64,000 nt of DNA from assembly GCA_013214705.1 (NCBI GenBank), contig JABSRZ010000006.1, positions 391 through 64,390 of the forward strand, given 5' to 3'. Below the pieces are notes generated by a model. The model was given only the letters and a program-made list of their open reading frames with translations, was not told the origin of the DNA and made no database searches. This document shows positions 34,783 to 43,989 of the stretch, in pieces; within the stretch, counting starts at the first letter, position 1; every line of letters starts with the position of its first letter. Both the position numbers and the translations under genes were made by a program. This stretch comes from Hyphomicrobiales bacterium (GTDB taxonomy: Bacteria; Pseudomonadota; Alphaproteobacteria; Rhizobiales; OSC116).

Positions 34783-36015
34783 ATGATTAAACGTTCAATA
34801 ATCGCGTTAATTACAAGTGCAGCATTCGTCTCGACAGCGTTTGCTGGAACTCTTGTTATTAACTTCGATGATCCAAACCCTGCCCCAAAGGCCGGTTTTG
34901 AAGCTGCTGTTGCTGCATTTGAGGCTGCAAACCCAGATATTAATGTGACAGTGAATATTAATGATCGCGAAGCGCATAAAACTGCGATTCGTAACTTCTT
35001 ATCTGCCAATGCACCAGACATTACATCTTGGTATCCTGGTAACCGGATGGGACCATTTGTAGATGCTGGCCAATTTGAAGATATTTCTGATCTTTGGGCA
35101 TCTGATGAAAATCTGTCATCAAACTTTGAAGCCATTAAACCAACAATGACTAGAGACGGTAAGCAATGGGGTGTACCTTATACTTACTACCAATGGGGTG
35201 TTTATTATCGTGCCGATGTTTATGCCGACAATGGCCTAACAGAACCAGCCACTTGGGATGAATTGCTAGCAAATTGTGATACACTTAAAGCCAATGGCAT
35301 CACACCATTTACAATTGGTACTAAATATCTTTGGACCGCCGCTGGCGTGTTTGATTATTTGAACTTACGTACAAATGGTTATGACGTGCATAATGCTCTA
35401 ACAGCTGGTGAAATTAAATATACCGATGACCGCATTAAGGCAACATTTGCCAATTGGGAAACTATGCTTGAGCGCTGCTCATTTATAGATAACCATGCGA
35501 CAATGTCTTGGCAAGAAGCTATACCACCATTTGCTTCTGGCGACGCTGCCATGTATGTAATGGGCAACTTTGCTGTTGCGGCGTTTAAAGACGCTGGTTT
35601 GACAGATGACCAAATTGGTTATTTCCCATTCCCAGAAATCACACCGGGCATGCCGCGTGCTGAAGAAGCGCCTGCTGATGCTTTCTTCATTCCTTCTGGA
35701 GCGAAGAATAAAGAAGATGCACGTAAATTCTTGTCGTTCATTGCGCGCCCAGAAATTCAAGCTGCATGGAATAAAACCATTGGCCAATTGCCACCTAACT
35801 CAAAATCTGCAATTAACACAGATGATAAGTTTATTGTAGAAGGCTTTGCAACCGTGTCTACTGCCGCTGGTTTGGCACAATTTTATGACCGTGATGCCCC
35901 TGCTGAAATGGCAAAAGGCGGCATGGAAGGGTTCCAAGAATTTATGATTAAGCCAGAACGTCTAGAAGACATTCTAAAACGCTTAGATAAAATTCAAGAT
36001 CGTGTATATAAATAA
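34783..36015 (+). CDS. Periplasmic sugar-binding protein (family 1 extracellular solute-binding protein)
   Basis: Signal peptide (LITSAAFVSTAFA) and SBP_bac_1-like pattern. Heads the transporter/GH36 operon. Confidence 0.85.
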   Translation: MIKRSIIALITSAAFVSTAFAGTLVINFDDPNPAPKAGFEAAVAAFEAANPDINVTVNINDREAHKTAIRNFLSANAPDITSWYPGNRMGPFVDAGQFEDISDLWASDENLSSNFEAIKPTMTRDGKQWGVPYTYYQWGVYYRADVYADNGLTEPATWDELLANCDTLKANGITPFTIGTKYLWTAAGVFDYLNLRTNGYDVHNALTAGEIKYTDDRIKATFANWETMLERCSFIDNHATMSWQEAIPPFASGDAAMYVMGNFAVAAFKDAGLTDDQIGYFPFPEITPGMPRAEEAPADAFFIPSGAKNKEDARKFLSFIARPEIQAAWNKTIGQLPPNSKSAINTDDKFIVEGFATVSTAAGLAQFYDRDAPAEMAKGGMEGFQEFMIKPERLEDILKRLDKIQDRVYK

Positions 36016-36081
36016 GCAAACACTATAAGCAACATTTGCTGTGGCGCCCTCAAGCCATAGCAAGTGAATGCAACAACATTG

Positions 36082-36104
36082 TGCGGCGGAGTTCATCCGC
36101 CGCA
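36082..36104 (+). terminator. Stem-loop after the binding-protein gene (partial terminator/attenuator)
   Basis: TGCGGCGGA-GTTCA-TCCGCCGCA perfect 9-bp GC-rich stem, followed by TTATTAAAA. Confidence 0.5.
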
Positions 36105-36144
36105 TTATTAAAACATAATATCACTATACGGAGTGGATATAGAT

Positions 36145-37062
36145 ATGGCTGATAATTTTGACACGCGCTCAAATAGGTCTTGGTATTCAAGAAACCGGCA
36201 AAAAATTGCCCCGTGGATTTTCCTCGCTCCCGCTCTTATATTTTTCACCGTCTATGTCGTTGCCCCGATATTCCAATCGCTGTGGATCTCGCTTTACGAG
36301 TGGAATGGCATTAGCGAAGCTAAGTGGGTTGGGTTGGACAATTATGTCGAGCTGTTTGACGACAGACGCTTTTACATTTCACTTGAAAACAACATTATTT
36401 GGCTGGTGCTTTATATGCTGGCCGTGCCAGCTGGTTTATTTGTGGCGCTATTTCTTAACCAGACCATCATGGGAATGCGGTTTTATAAATCGTTATTTTT
36501 CTTCCCGTTTGTAATTTCGCAAGTTGTGGTCGGGCTTATATTCAGCTGGTTTTACAACCCAAGTTTTGGCGCTGTCGGCATAATTTGGGAATATTTTGGC
36601 GCCGTGCCGCCGTCTATATTAGGCGATGAGCGGTTTGTAACCTACGGCATTATTTTTGCCGGGCTGTGGCCACAAGTGGCTTATTGTATGATCCTTTATT
36701 TAACCGGCCTTAACAATGTATCGCAAGACCAGGTGGAAGCAGGCCGCCTCGATGGCGCCAAAGGCTGGAAAATGTTACGATATGTGGTATTGCCGCAATT
36801 GTGGCCGGCGACTTTCTTGGCGATAATTGTGACGGTAATCGGCGCGCTTAGGTCATTTGATATGATTGCCATTATGACCCAGGGCGGGCCGTACGGTACA
36901 TCTAATGTATTATCTTATTTTATGTATGAAACCGCTTTGTCAGAATATGGCTTTCGCATGGGTTATGGTTCTGCCATTGCCGTTATGTTGTTTGTTATCA
37001 TGCTGTTTTTCATCAGCTATTTCTTATGGGTGATGTATAAAGACGAAAAAGGAGAACGCTGA
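36145..37062 (+). CDS. Sugar ABC permease (MalF/UgpA-like)
   Basis: Six-TM BPD_transp_1 pattern with an EAA-type loop (EAGRLDGAKGWKMLRYVVLPQL). ATG at 36145 after GGAG; GTG at 36133 is possible. Confidence 0.85.
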   Translation: MADNFDTRSNRSWYSRNRQKIAPWIFLAPALIFFTVYVVAPIFQSLWISLYEWNGISEAKWVGLDNYVELFDDRRFYISLENNIIWLVLYMLAVPAGLFVALFLNQTIMGMRFYKSLFFFPFVISQVVVGLIFSWFYNPSFGAVGIIWEYFGAVPPSILGDERFVTYGIIFAGLWPQVAYCMILYLTGLNNVSQDQVEAGRLDGAKGWKMLRYVVLPQLWPATFLAIIVTVIGALRSFDMIAIMTQGGPYGTSNVLSYFMYETALSEYGFRMGYGSAIAVMLFVIMLFFISYFLWVMYKDEKGER

Positions 37063-37910
37063 TGTTCCCAACTCCCATTGCCCAAAGATCACCTTCCAGA
37101 CAAATTGCTTATAAAATATTTGTGCCCATCGCGTTATTTATTTGGCTATTGCCGCTGGTGTTGATTTTTAAAACCTCGATCAGCCCGGTGTCTGACATCA
37201 ATAATGGCAATATTTTCTCGTGGCCGTCAGAATTTATGCTGGTCGAAAATTATTTAGCGGTGTTTGAACGATCACCGGCGTTTACCTATTTTTTAAACTC
37301 GGTAAAAATAACCATACCAACGGTAATTATATCGGTGTCATTGGCTTGTTTGGCAGGTTATGCGCTGGCGATTTATAAATTTCGCTTGGCCATTCCGTTG
37401 TTTTTCTTGTTTGTGGCCGGTAATTTCGTGCCGTTTCAAATTTTAATGGTGCCGGTGCGCGAGCTTTCGGTTAGTTGGGGCCTGTATGACACCGTCACCG
37501 GCTTGGTGTTGTTTCATTCGGCTTTTCAAACAGGTTTTTGCACCTTGTTTATGCGTAATTTCATTAGGGCTTTGCCATTTGATTTGATAGAATCGGCGCG
37601 CATTGAAGGGGTTGGAGAATTTAAAATATTTTGGTATTTGGTGTTGCCGTTGGTAAGGCCAGCCATTGCCGCGCTTTCGGTGCTAATTTTTACCTTTGTG
37701 TGGAACGATTTTTTCTGGGCAACAGTGTTAACCCAAGGTGAAGCCTCTAAACCAATCACTGCCGGCATCAGGGCGTTAAATGGCCAATTTGTGCAACAAT
37801 GGCATTTAATCTCGGCGGCCTCAATACTTACCGCTGTGCCACCGGTGGCGATGTTTTTTGCCATGCAAAAACATTTTATTGCTGGGCTAACGCTTGGGGC
37901 GGTGAAATGA
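37062..37910 (+). CDS. Sugar ABC permease (MalG/UgpE-like)
   Basis: EAA loop ESARIEGVGEFKIFWYLVLPLVRP. TGATG overlap with the upstream permease. Confidence 0.85.
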   Translation: MFPTPIAQRSPSRQIAYKIFVPIALFIWLLPLVLIFKTSISPVSDINNGNIFSWPSEFMLVENYLAVFERSPAFTYFLNSVKITIPTVIISVSLACLAGYALAIYKFRLAIPLFFLFVAGNFVPFQILMVPVRELSVSWGLYDTVTGLVLFHSAFQTGFCTLFMRNFIRALPFDLIESARIEGVGEFKIFWYLVLPLVRPAIAALSVLIFTFVWNDFFWATVLTQGEASKPITAGIRALNGQFVQQWHLISAASILTAVPPVAMFFAMQKHFIAGLTLGAVK

Positions 37911-40003
37911 TCCAGACTTGGCGTTTAGATACGCCCACTCAGACAATGGTGCTTGGCGCTGCGAATAATCGGCTACCATCAATTGTATATTGGGGCATGC
38001 CTTTGCGCACGGATGAAGATTTGGAAAGCCTATATCATGCTGCCCGTATTGATCTGACCGGCGGCATGTTAGATGTAAACCCTGACCTTTCGATATGCCC
38101 AGAAGCATCTGCGACATTTCCCGGGCAAATGGGGATGATATTATACAGCCAAGATGCCAAACCTATTTTGCCAAAATTGAGGTTTGAAAGCTTCACTCAA
38201 GATGATGATGTGTTGACATTAAACTATGCCAACGACGATGGCGCATTGCGTTATCAAGCTCGGTTTGAAGCGTTTCAGGATAGTGGCCTCATTGCGGTTT
38301 CGGCAACGGTCGAAACTGACCAGCCCGTGCGGCTAGATTGGCTGGCCGCACCGGTTATGCCAGCCTCACAAAGCGCCACCGAGATGGTGGATTTTTCTGG
38401 CCGTTGGTGTGGTGAATTTAACGAGGTTCGCACGTTGTGGCAAGCGGGCATTCATAGCCGCGAAAACCGCACCGGCCGCACCAGCCACGAACATTTCCCT
38501 GGCCTAATGATACCTAGCCAAGGCGCACTCAATTGCCAAGGCGAGGTGTATGGGTTTCATTATGGTTGGTCAGGCGGTCATAAAATGATGGCCGAAGAAC
38601 TACCGGATGGCCGCAGACAAGTGCAATTTGGCCACGCCACTGGCAGCGAATTGGCTTTGGGCACTAGATTTGAAACCGCCGCGTTATATTTAACTTATTC
38701 TGATGTTGGTTTTAATGGCTGTGCTGTTGCATTTCAGCGCCATGTGAGACACCATATTGTAAAATATCATGAGCCATCACGCCTCCCAAAACGCCAAAGA
38801 CCAGTGCATTATAACTGCTGGGAAGCGGTATATTTTGATCATAATGTAGCTGAACTTAAAGAAATTGCTAGCCTTGCTGCCAAACTAGGCGCAGAGAGAT
38901 TTGTGCTTGATGATGGTTGGTTTATTGGTCGCAATGATGATACCAGCTCTTTGGGTGATTGGGACATTGATGTTGATAAATATCCAGATGGGTTGCAGCC
39001 GCTTATTGACCATATCCACGCCGAGGGCATGACATTTGGCATTTGGTTTGAGCCAGAAATGATCAACCCAGATTCGAACACTTATCGGCAAAACCCGCAT
39101 TGGGCATTGGGCGATGGTGACCAAATATTAGGCCGTCAACAAAAAGTGTTGAATATGGCATTGCCAGAAGTAAGAGATTTCTTGTTTGAGAAGATATCGA
39201 CTATTTTGCAAAACCATGATGTGGATTATATAAAATGGGACCATAACCGGGTATTGCCGTTGCCAGACGCCGATCAGGCGCGGGGGGTTTATGCTTTAAT
39301 GGATAGATTGAATGCTAAATTCCCACAGGTGGAAATTGAAAGCTGCTCATCTGGTGGTGGGCGGATAGATTATGGCATCTTAAAACGCACGGGCAGAGTT
39401 TGGTTGTCTGATAGCAATGATGCTTTGGAGCGGGCGCGCATCCAATTTGGTGCGGCTTTATTTTTGCCAGCATGCATCACTGGTAGCCATGTTGGGCCAA
39501 AAATCTGCCACACATCTGGCCGGGTGTTGAGCATGTCGTTCCGCGCTTGGGTAGCAGCTCAGCGCCATATGGGGTTTGAAATGGACCCCCGCGAATTAGA
39601 TGAAGATGATACGGTTACTCTGACCAAAATAACCAAATGGTGGAAACAAAACCGCGATTGGATGATGCAAGCTGACATATTGCGCTTAGATAGCCATGAT
39701 GACGCCATATTGGCTGAACAGCATATGAGCCAAGATAAAAGCCAATTTGTGGCCTTTGCCAACCGGATTGACACTTCAAAACAAATATCGCCAAGGCCAT
39801 TAAAATTTACCGCGTTGGATGCGGCGCGCGATTATATAATTGACTTGGTTAACCGCGAAGATGTGGTCAAAACATCGCGCGGCAACCCGGTGCTTAAGAC
39901 CCAATCTATAATTTTGAGCGGACAATATCTTATGTCGCACGGCGTTGCCTTGCCATGGGCATTCCCAAATAGTTGTTGGGTTGTAAAAGGAAATTTAATA
40001 TGA
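37907..40003 (+). CDS. Alpha-galactosidase, GH36
   Basis: GH36 motifs DYIKWDHNR and ESCSSGGGRID. ATGA overlap with the permease stop. The ORF-track start 37799 lies inside the permease gene. Confidence 0.85.
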   Translation: MIQTWRLDTPTQTMVLGAANNRLPSIVYWGMPLRTDEDLESLYHAARIDLTGGMLDVNPDLSICPEASATFPGQMGMILYSQDAKPILPKLRFESFTQDDDVLTLNYANDDGALRYQARFEAFQDSGLIAVSATVETDQPVRLDWLAAPVMPASQSATEMVDFSGRWCGEFNEVRTLWQAGIHSRENRTGRTSHEHFPGLMIPSQGALNCQGEVYGFHYGWSGGHKMMAEELPDGRRQVQFGHATGSELALGTRFETAALYLTYSDVGFNGCAVAFQRHVRHHIVKYHEPSRLPKRQRPVHYNCWEAVYFDHNVAELKEIASLAAKLGAERFVLDDGWFIGRNDDTSSLGDWDIDVDKYPDGLQPLIDHIHAEGMTFGIWFEPEMINPDSNTYRQNPHWALGDGDQILGRQQKVLNMALPEVRDFLFEKISTILQNHDVDYIKWDHNRVLPLPDADQARGVYALMDRLNAKFPQVEIESCSSGGGRIDYGILKRTGRVWLSDSNDALERARIQFGAALFLPACITGSHVGPKICHTSGRVLSMSFRAWVAAQRHMGFEMDPRELDEDDTVTLTKITKWWKQNRDWMMQADILRLDSHDDAILAEQHMSQDKSQFVAFANRIDTSKQISPRPLKFTALDAARDYIIDLVNREDVVKTSRGNPVLKTQSIILSGQYLMSHGVALPWAFPNSCWVVKGNLI

Positions 40004-41712
40004 AAAAACCCAACCGCCGCTCGCAAAATTGGTATGGCAAGTCCGATAAAGATGGGTTTATCCATCGGTCATGGATGAAAAACCAAGGTTTTCCTGACCA
40101 TGTTTTCGATGGCAGACCTATCATTGGCATATGCAATACTTGGAGCGAATTAACGCCGTGCAATTCTGGCCTGCGAGATTTGGCCGAGGCGGTAAAACGC
40201 GGCGTGTGGGAAGCTGGCGGGTTTCCGGTTGAATTTCCGGTGATGAGCCTTGGCGAAACCCAGATGAAGCCAACGGCAATGTTGTTTCGTAACTTATTGG
40301 CGATGGATGTTGAAGAAAGTATCAGAGCTTATGGCATTGATGGCGTGGTTTTGCTGGGCGGTTGCGACAAAACCACACCCGGCCAATTGATGGGCGCAGC
40401 GTCGGTTGATTTGCCGACCATTGTGGTGAGTTCTGGCCCGATGTTGAACGGCAAATGGAAGGGCAAAGACATTGGCTCTGGCACCGATGTTTGGAAATTT
40501 TCTGAGGCGGTACGTGCTGGTGACATGAGTTTAGATGATTTCATGAAGGCTGAAAGTGGTATGTCACGCTCTAAAGGTGTGTGCATGACCATGGGCACGG
40601 CTAGCACCATGGCCTCTGTGGTCGAAGCTATGGGTCTTTCGTTGCCAAACAATGCCGCGTTGCCAGCGGTGGATGCACGCCGCGCTATGTTGGCGCATTT
40701 AACCGGCATACGCATTGTAGAAATGGTCGAAGAAGAGTTGATTATGTCGAAAGTTGTGACCAAAGCTAGTTTTAAAAACGCCATTTTGGCCAACGCAGCG
40801 GTTGGCGGCTCGACCAATGCGGTGGTGCATTTATTGGCCATTGCCGGGCGTATGGAAATTCCGCTGACGTTAGAAGATTTTGAAATTGCCAGCGACATAC
40901 CTTTGCTGGTCAATTGTATGCCATCGGGTGAATATTTAATGGAAGATTTTGCTTATGCAGGCGGCATGCCGGTGGTTTTGGCAGAGCTTTCAGCCCATTT
41001 GCACAAAGCCAATACGGTGATGAATAAAGACATTGGCTTTTATTCAGACGGGGCGGAATGTTATAACCGCGATGTGATATACCCATTTGACGCGCCGCTA
41101 AAACCGGCGGCAGGCCTGCGGGTTTTGCGTGGGAATTTAGCCCCAAAAGGCGCGATTATTAAACCCAGCGCCGCCACCGATGCTTTGCTAGAGCATGAAG
41201 GCGCGGCTTATGTATTTGAAAATATAGAAGATATGAAAGCCAATATTGACCGGCCAAATTTGCCCGTTGATGAAAATACCATATTGGTGCTCAAAGGCTG
41301 TGGGCCGAAAGGTTATCCGGGTATGCCAGAGGTGGGCAATATGCCGATACCAAGGGTTTTGGTTGAAAAAGGCGTTCGCGATATGGTGCGGGTGTCAGAC
41401 GCGCGTATGTCGGGCACAGCTTATGGCACGGTGGTATTGCATGTATCGCCAGAGGCCGAAGCCGGCGGGGTTTTGGCATTGGTAAAAACCGGCGACAGAA
41501 TTAAATTATCGGCCTCGGCAGGAATTCTAGAGCTGTTGGTTGATGACGCTGAACTTGAACAAAGGCGGCTAAGTTGGCGGCCAACAAAGCCGCATTATAC
41601 CCGCGGTTATGCAAAATTATATATCGATCATGTATTGGGCGCTGAGCAAGGCGCAGATTTAGACTTTTTGGTCGGTAAAGACACCAGATTAGTAACAAGG
41701 GAGAGCCATTAA
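40000..41712 (+). CDS. IlvD/Edd-family sugar-acid dehydratase (candidate D-galactonate / L-arabinonate dehydratase)
   Basis: Family pattern GICNTWSELTPCN .. GGCDKTTPG .. SGTAYG. ATGA overlap with the GH36 stop. The position in the operon corresponds to the galactonate dehydratase step. Confidence 0.8.
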   Translation: MKKPNRRSQNWYGKSDKDGFIHRSWMKNQGFPDHVFDGRPIIGICNTWSELTPCNSGLRDLAEAVKRGVWEAGGFPVEFPVMSLGETQMKPTAMLFRNLLAMDVEESIRAYGIDGVVLLGGCDKTTPGQLMGAASVDLPTIVVSSGPMLNGKWKGKDIGSGTDVWKFSEAVRAGDMSLDDFMKAESGMSRSKGVCMTMGTASTMASVVEAMGLSLPNNAALPAVDARRAMLAHLTGIRIVEMVEEELIMSKVVTKASFKNAILANAAVGGSTNAVVHLLAIAGRMEIPLTLEDFEIASDIPLLVNCMPSGEYLMEDFAYAGGMPVVLAELSAHLHKANTVMNKDIGFYSDGAECYNRDVIYPFDAPLKPAAGLRVLRGNLAPKGAIIKPSAATDALLEHEGAAYVFENIEDMKANIDRPNLPVDENTILVLKGCGPKGYPGMPEVGNMPIPRVLVEKGVRDMVRVSDARMSGTAYGTVVLHVSPEAEAGGVLALVKTGDRIKLSASAGILELLVDDAELEQRRLSWRPTKPHYTRGYAKLYIDHVLGAEQGADLDFLVGKDTRLVTRESH

Positions 41713-42476
41713 TGCGTGCAAATTATCCAGATTTAAACGGCAAACATGTTTTCATTACCGGCGGCGGTTCTGGCATTGGTGCGGCGCTGACCCAAGGCTT
41801 TTTGAACCAAGGCGCAAAGGTGAGCTTTGTTCAGAGGTCAGACGCGGCTGAATTTGTTGAGCAAATGCGCAAGAAAACCCAACAGACACCAAAATTTTAC
41901 CAATGTGATTTGGCCGACATTGAAGCGCTCAGAACGGCTATGCAACAGGCACAAAGTGAGCTAGGCGATATCGATATATTGATTAACAATGCCGGCAATG
42001 ATGTGCGCCATTCGCTTACCGATTATAGCGTGAGTGATTGGGACCAAAACCATGCGGTGAATTTGCGGCCGTATTTTTTCACCGCGCAATTTGTAGCGCC
42101 GTTTATGAAAAAAAACGGCGGCGGGGCGATTGTTAATTATTCTTCGATCAGTTATATGATGGGCGGCGCAGGTTACCCGGCTTATGTGACGGCAAATGCA
42201 GCCATTACTGGCTTGACCCGGGCGCTGGCGCGTGAATTAGGTGCAGACAAAATACGGGTGAATACCCTTGTTCCGGGTTGGGTATTAACCCCCAAACAAT
42301 TGGACAAATGGGCCACCCCTGAAGATCTAAAAGCCCACATGGAAAAACAATGCCTTAAAGAGCATTTAATGGTCGAAGACATGGTAGACCCTACATTATT
42401 TTTGGCTAGTTTGGCATCGAAAATGATGACCGGGCAAGTGTTGGTGGTTGATGGCGGCGTGGTGGCAAGCGGATGA
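41712..42476 (+). CDS. SDR oxidoreductase (candidate galactose 1-dehydrogenase; substrate inferred from context only)
   Basis: ITGGGSGIGAAL and catalytic YVTANAA (Y-x3-N in place of Y-x3-K; see sequence). TAATG overlap upstream and ATGA overlap downstream. Confidence 0.75.
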   Translation: MRANYPDLNGKHVFITGGGSGIGAALTQGFLNQGAKVSFVQRSDAAEFVEQMRKKTQQTPKFYQCDLADIEALRTAMQQAQSELGDIDILINNAGNDVRHSLTDYSVSDWDQNHAVNLRPYFFTAQFVAPFMKKNGGGAIVNYSSISYMMGGAGYPAYVTANAAITGLTRALARELGADKIRVNTLVPGWVLTPKQLDKWATPEDLKAHMEKQCLKEHLMVEDMVDPTLFLASLASKMMTGQVLVVDGGVVASG

Positions 42477-43354
42477 AAAATATGAAATGGATTGCCGTCG
42501 ATTGGGGCACAAGTAAATTACGAATTTGGGCAATGGATGAGTTTGGCCAAGTGTTAGCAGAAGTGCGTGCCGATGATGGCATGGCTGGGTTAAACCAAAA
42601 TGACTATGAAAAAGTGTTGTTGAGCCATATTTCAGGCTGGCTAACCGATGAGGTAACCCCAGTTATTGCGTGCGGCATGGTTGGCTCTCGCCAAGGGTGG
42701 TTTGAAGCGCCCTATGCCAAAGTGCCCACCAAAGCTGCGGCCAAATATGTAAATGTGGACATTGCTGACAGGCGTTTCAGCTTAAGCATAGTGTCTGGGG
42801 TTATGCAAAGCCATAAAGCCGATGTGATGCGCGGCGAAGAAACCCAAATATCGGGGTTTTTAGTTGGCCAACCAAATTTTGAAGGGGTGATTTGCCTGCC
42901 GGGCACACACTCTAAATGGGTGCAAATAGAGGCTGGCGAAATTAAGCAATTTCAGACCGCCATGACCGGTGAAATATTTGGCTTATTGAGCCAAAAATCG
43001 GTATTGCGCCACAGCCAAGGAAGTTGGAGCGACGAAGCGTTTAAGCAAGCATTTGAAGACATATATAACGCGCCTGAAAATGCCTTATCTTCATTATTTA
43101 GCATTCGCGCGCAAGACTTGTTAAATGGTGATGGCCATGGAGTGGCTCGACTTTCGGGCAGTTTAATTGCCTCTGAATTTGCTGGTATGAAGCATTATTG
43201 GCAAGGCCAAACGCCGGTGCTTATTGGTGCGGGCGAGCTTGTGCGGCTTTACCAGCTAGGGTTTGAACTGCTGGATTTAGAGGTGAAAGCCTTGCGGGCC
43301 GCGCCGTTGACCATGGCCGGGCTACACCGAGTATATGAAGAGGTAAATTTATGA
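42473..43354 (+). CDS. dgoK: 2-dehydro-3-deoxygalactonokinase
   Basis: N-terminal IAVDWGTSKLRIW signature and length typical of DgoK. Confidence 0.85.
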   Translation: MKNMKWIAVDWGTSKLRIWAMDEFGQVLAEVRADDGMAGLNQNDYEKVLLSHISGWLTDEVTPVIACGMVGSRQGWFEAPYAKVPTKAAAKYVNVDIADRRFSLSIVSGVMQSHKADVMRGEETQISGFLVGQPNFEGVICLPGTHSKWVQIEAGEIKQFQTAMTGEIFGLLSQKSVLRHSQGSWSDEAFKQAFEDIYNAPENALSSLFSIRAQDLLNGDGHGVARLSGSLIASEFAGMKHYWQGQTPVLIGAGELVRLYQLGFELLDLEVKALRAAPLTMAGLHRVYEEVNL

Positions 43355-43956
43355 ACCGAAATTTAATTGCCATATTGCGCGGTGTGACCGCGGATGAAAT
43401 TGATGACATAGTCGAAATTTTGTTGGCTGAAGGCATAACTAAAATCGAAGTGCCGCTAAATTCTCCTGACCCGTTCAAAACCATTGAAAAAATGCTGTCT
43501 AAATATAAAGGTCAAGGGGTTTTTGGCGCGGGTACGGTGTTGAATGTCGAGCAAGTGACAGCGTTAGCCGAGCTTGGGGCAGATTTGATTGTTTCGCCAA
43601 ATTGCAACCCCAAAGTGATTGCGGCAACAAAAGCTGCTGGCATGTTGAGCTATCCCGGGGTGATGACGCCGAGCGAATGTTTTATGGCGCTTGAAGCTGG
43701 TGCAGATGGCTTAAAATTCTTTCCCGGCGATTTAGTTGGCCCGGTTGGGCTAAACGCCATGCGCGCGATATTACCAAAACAGGTGGATTGTTATGCGGTG
43801 GGCGGCGCGAATGCTAGCAATTTTGGCCAATGGGTTAAAGCCGGGGCGACGGGTTTCGGCATTGGATCTGCTTTGTATAAAATTGGTGATACACCACAAA
43901 TTGTGCAGCAAAAAGCTAAAGCTATTGTGACGGCTTTTGACTTGGCGGTAAAATAA
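43351..43956 (+). CDS. dgoA: 2-dehydro-3-deoxy-6-phosphogalactonate aldolase
   Basis: LIAILRGVTADE .. IEVPLNSPDPF .. GAGTVL .. LIVSPN closely follows E. coli DgoA as I recall it. Confidence 0.85.
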   Translation: MNRNLIAILRGVTADEIDDIVEILLAEGITKIEVPLNSPDPFKTIEKMLSKYKGQGVFGAGTVLNVEQVTALAELGADLIVSPNCNPKVIAATKAAGMLSYPGVMTPSECFMALEAGADGLKFFPGDLVGPVGLNAMRAILPKQVDCYAVGGANASNFGQWVKAGATGFGIGSALYKIGDTPQIVQQKAKAIVTAFDLAVK

Positions 43957-43989
43957 TAAAATATCAATTGAAATTATAGAGATTACAGC

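Noticed and set aside
40329-40913. 194-aa ORF antisense to the IlvD/Edd dehydratase gene. Similar long antisense ORFs occur at 53261-53677, 55130-55573, 45267-45668, 48463-48906, 37526-37864, 34731-35135 and 23467-23859.
   Set aside because: Each lies wholly inside a gene with strong family motifs on the other strand. Each has Ala/Ser/Pro/Arg-biased, motif-free translations typical of antisense frames, and I saw no ribosome-binding context. I treat them as shadow ORFs.
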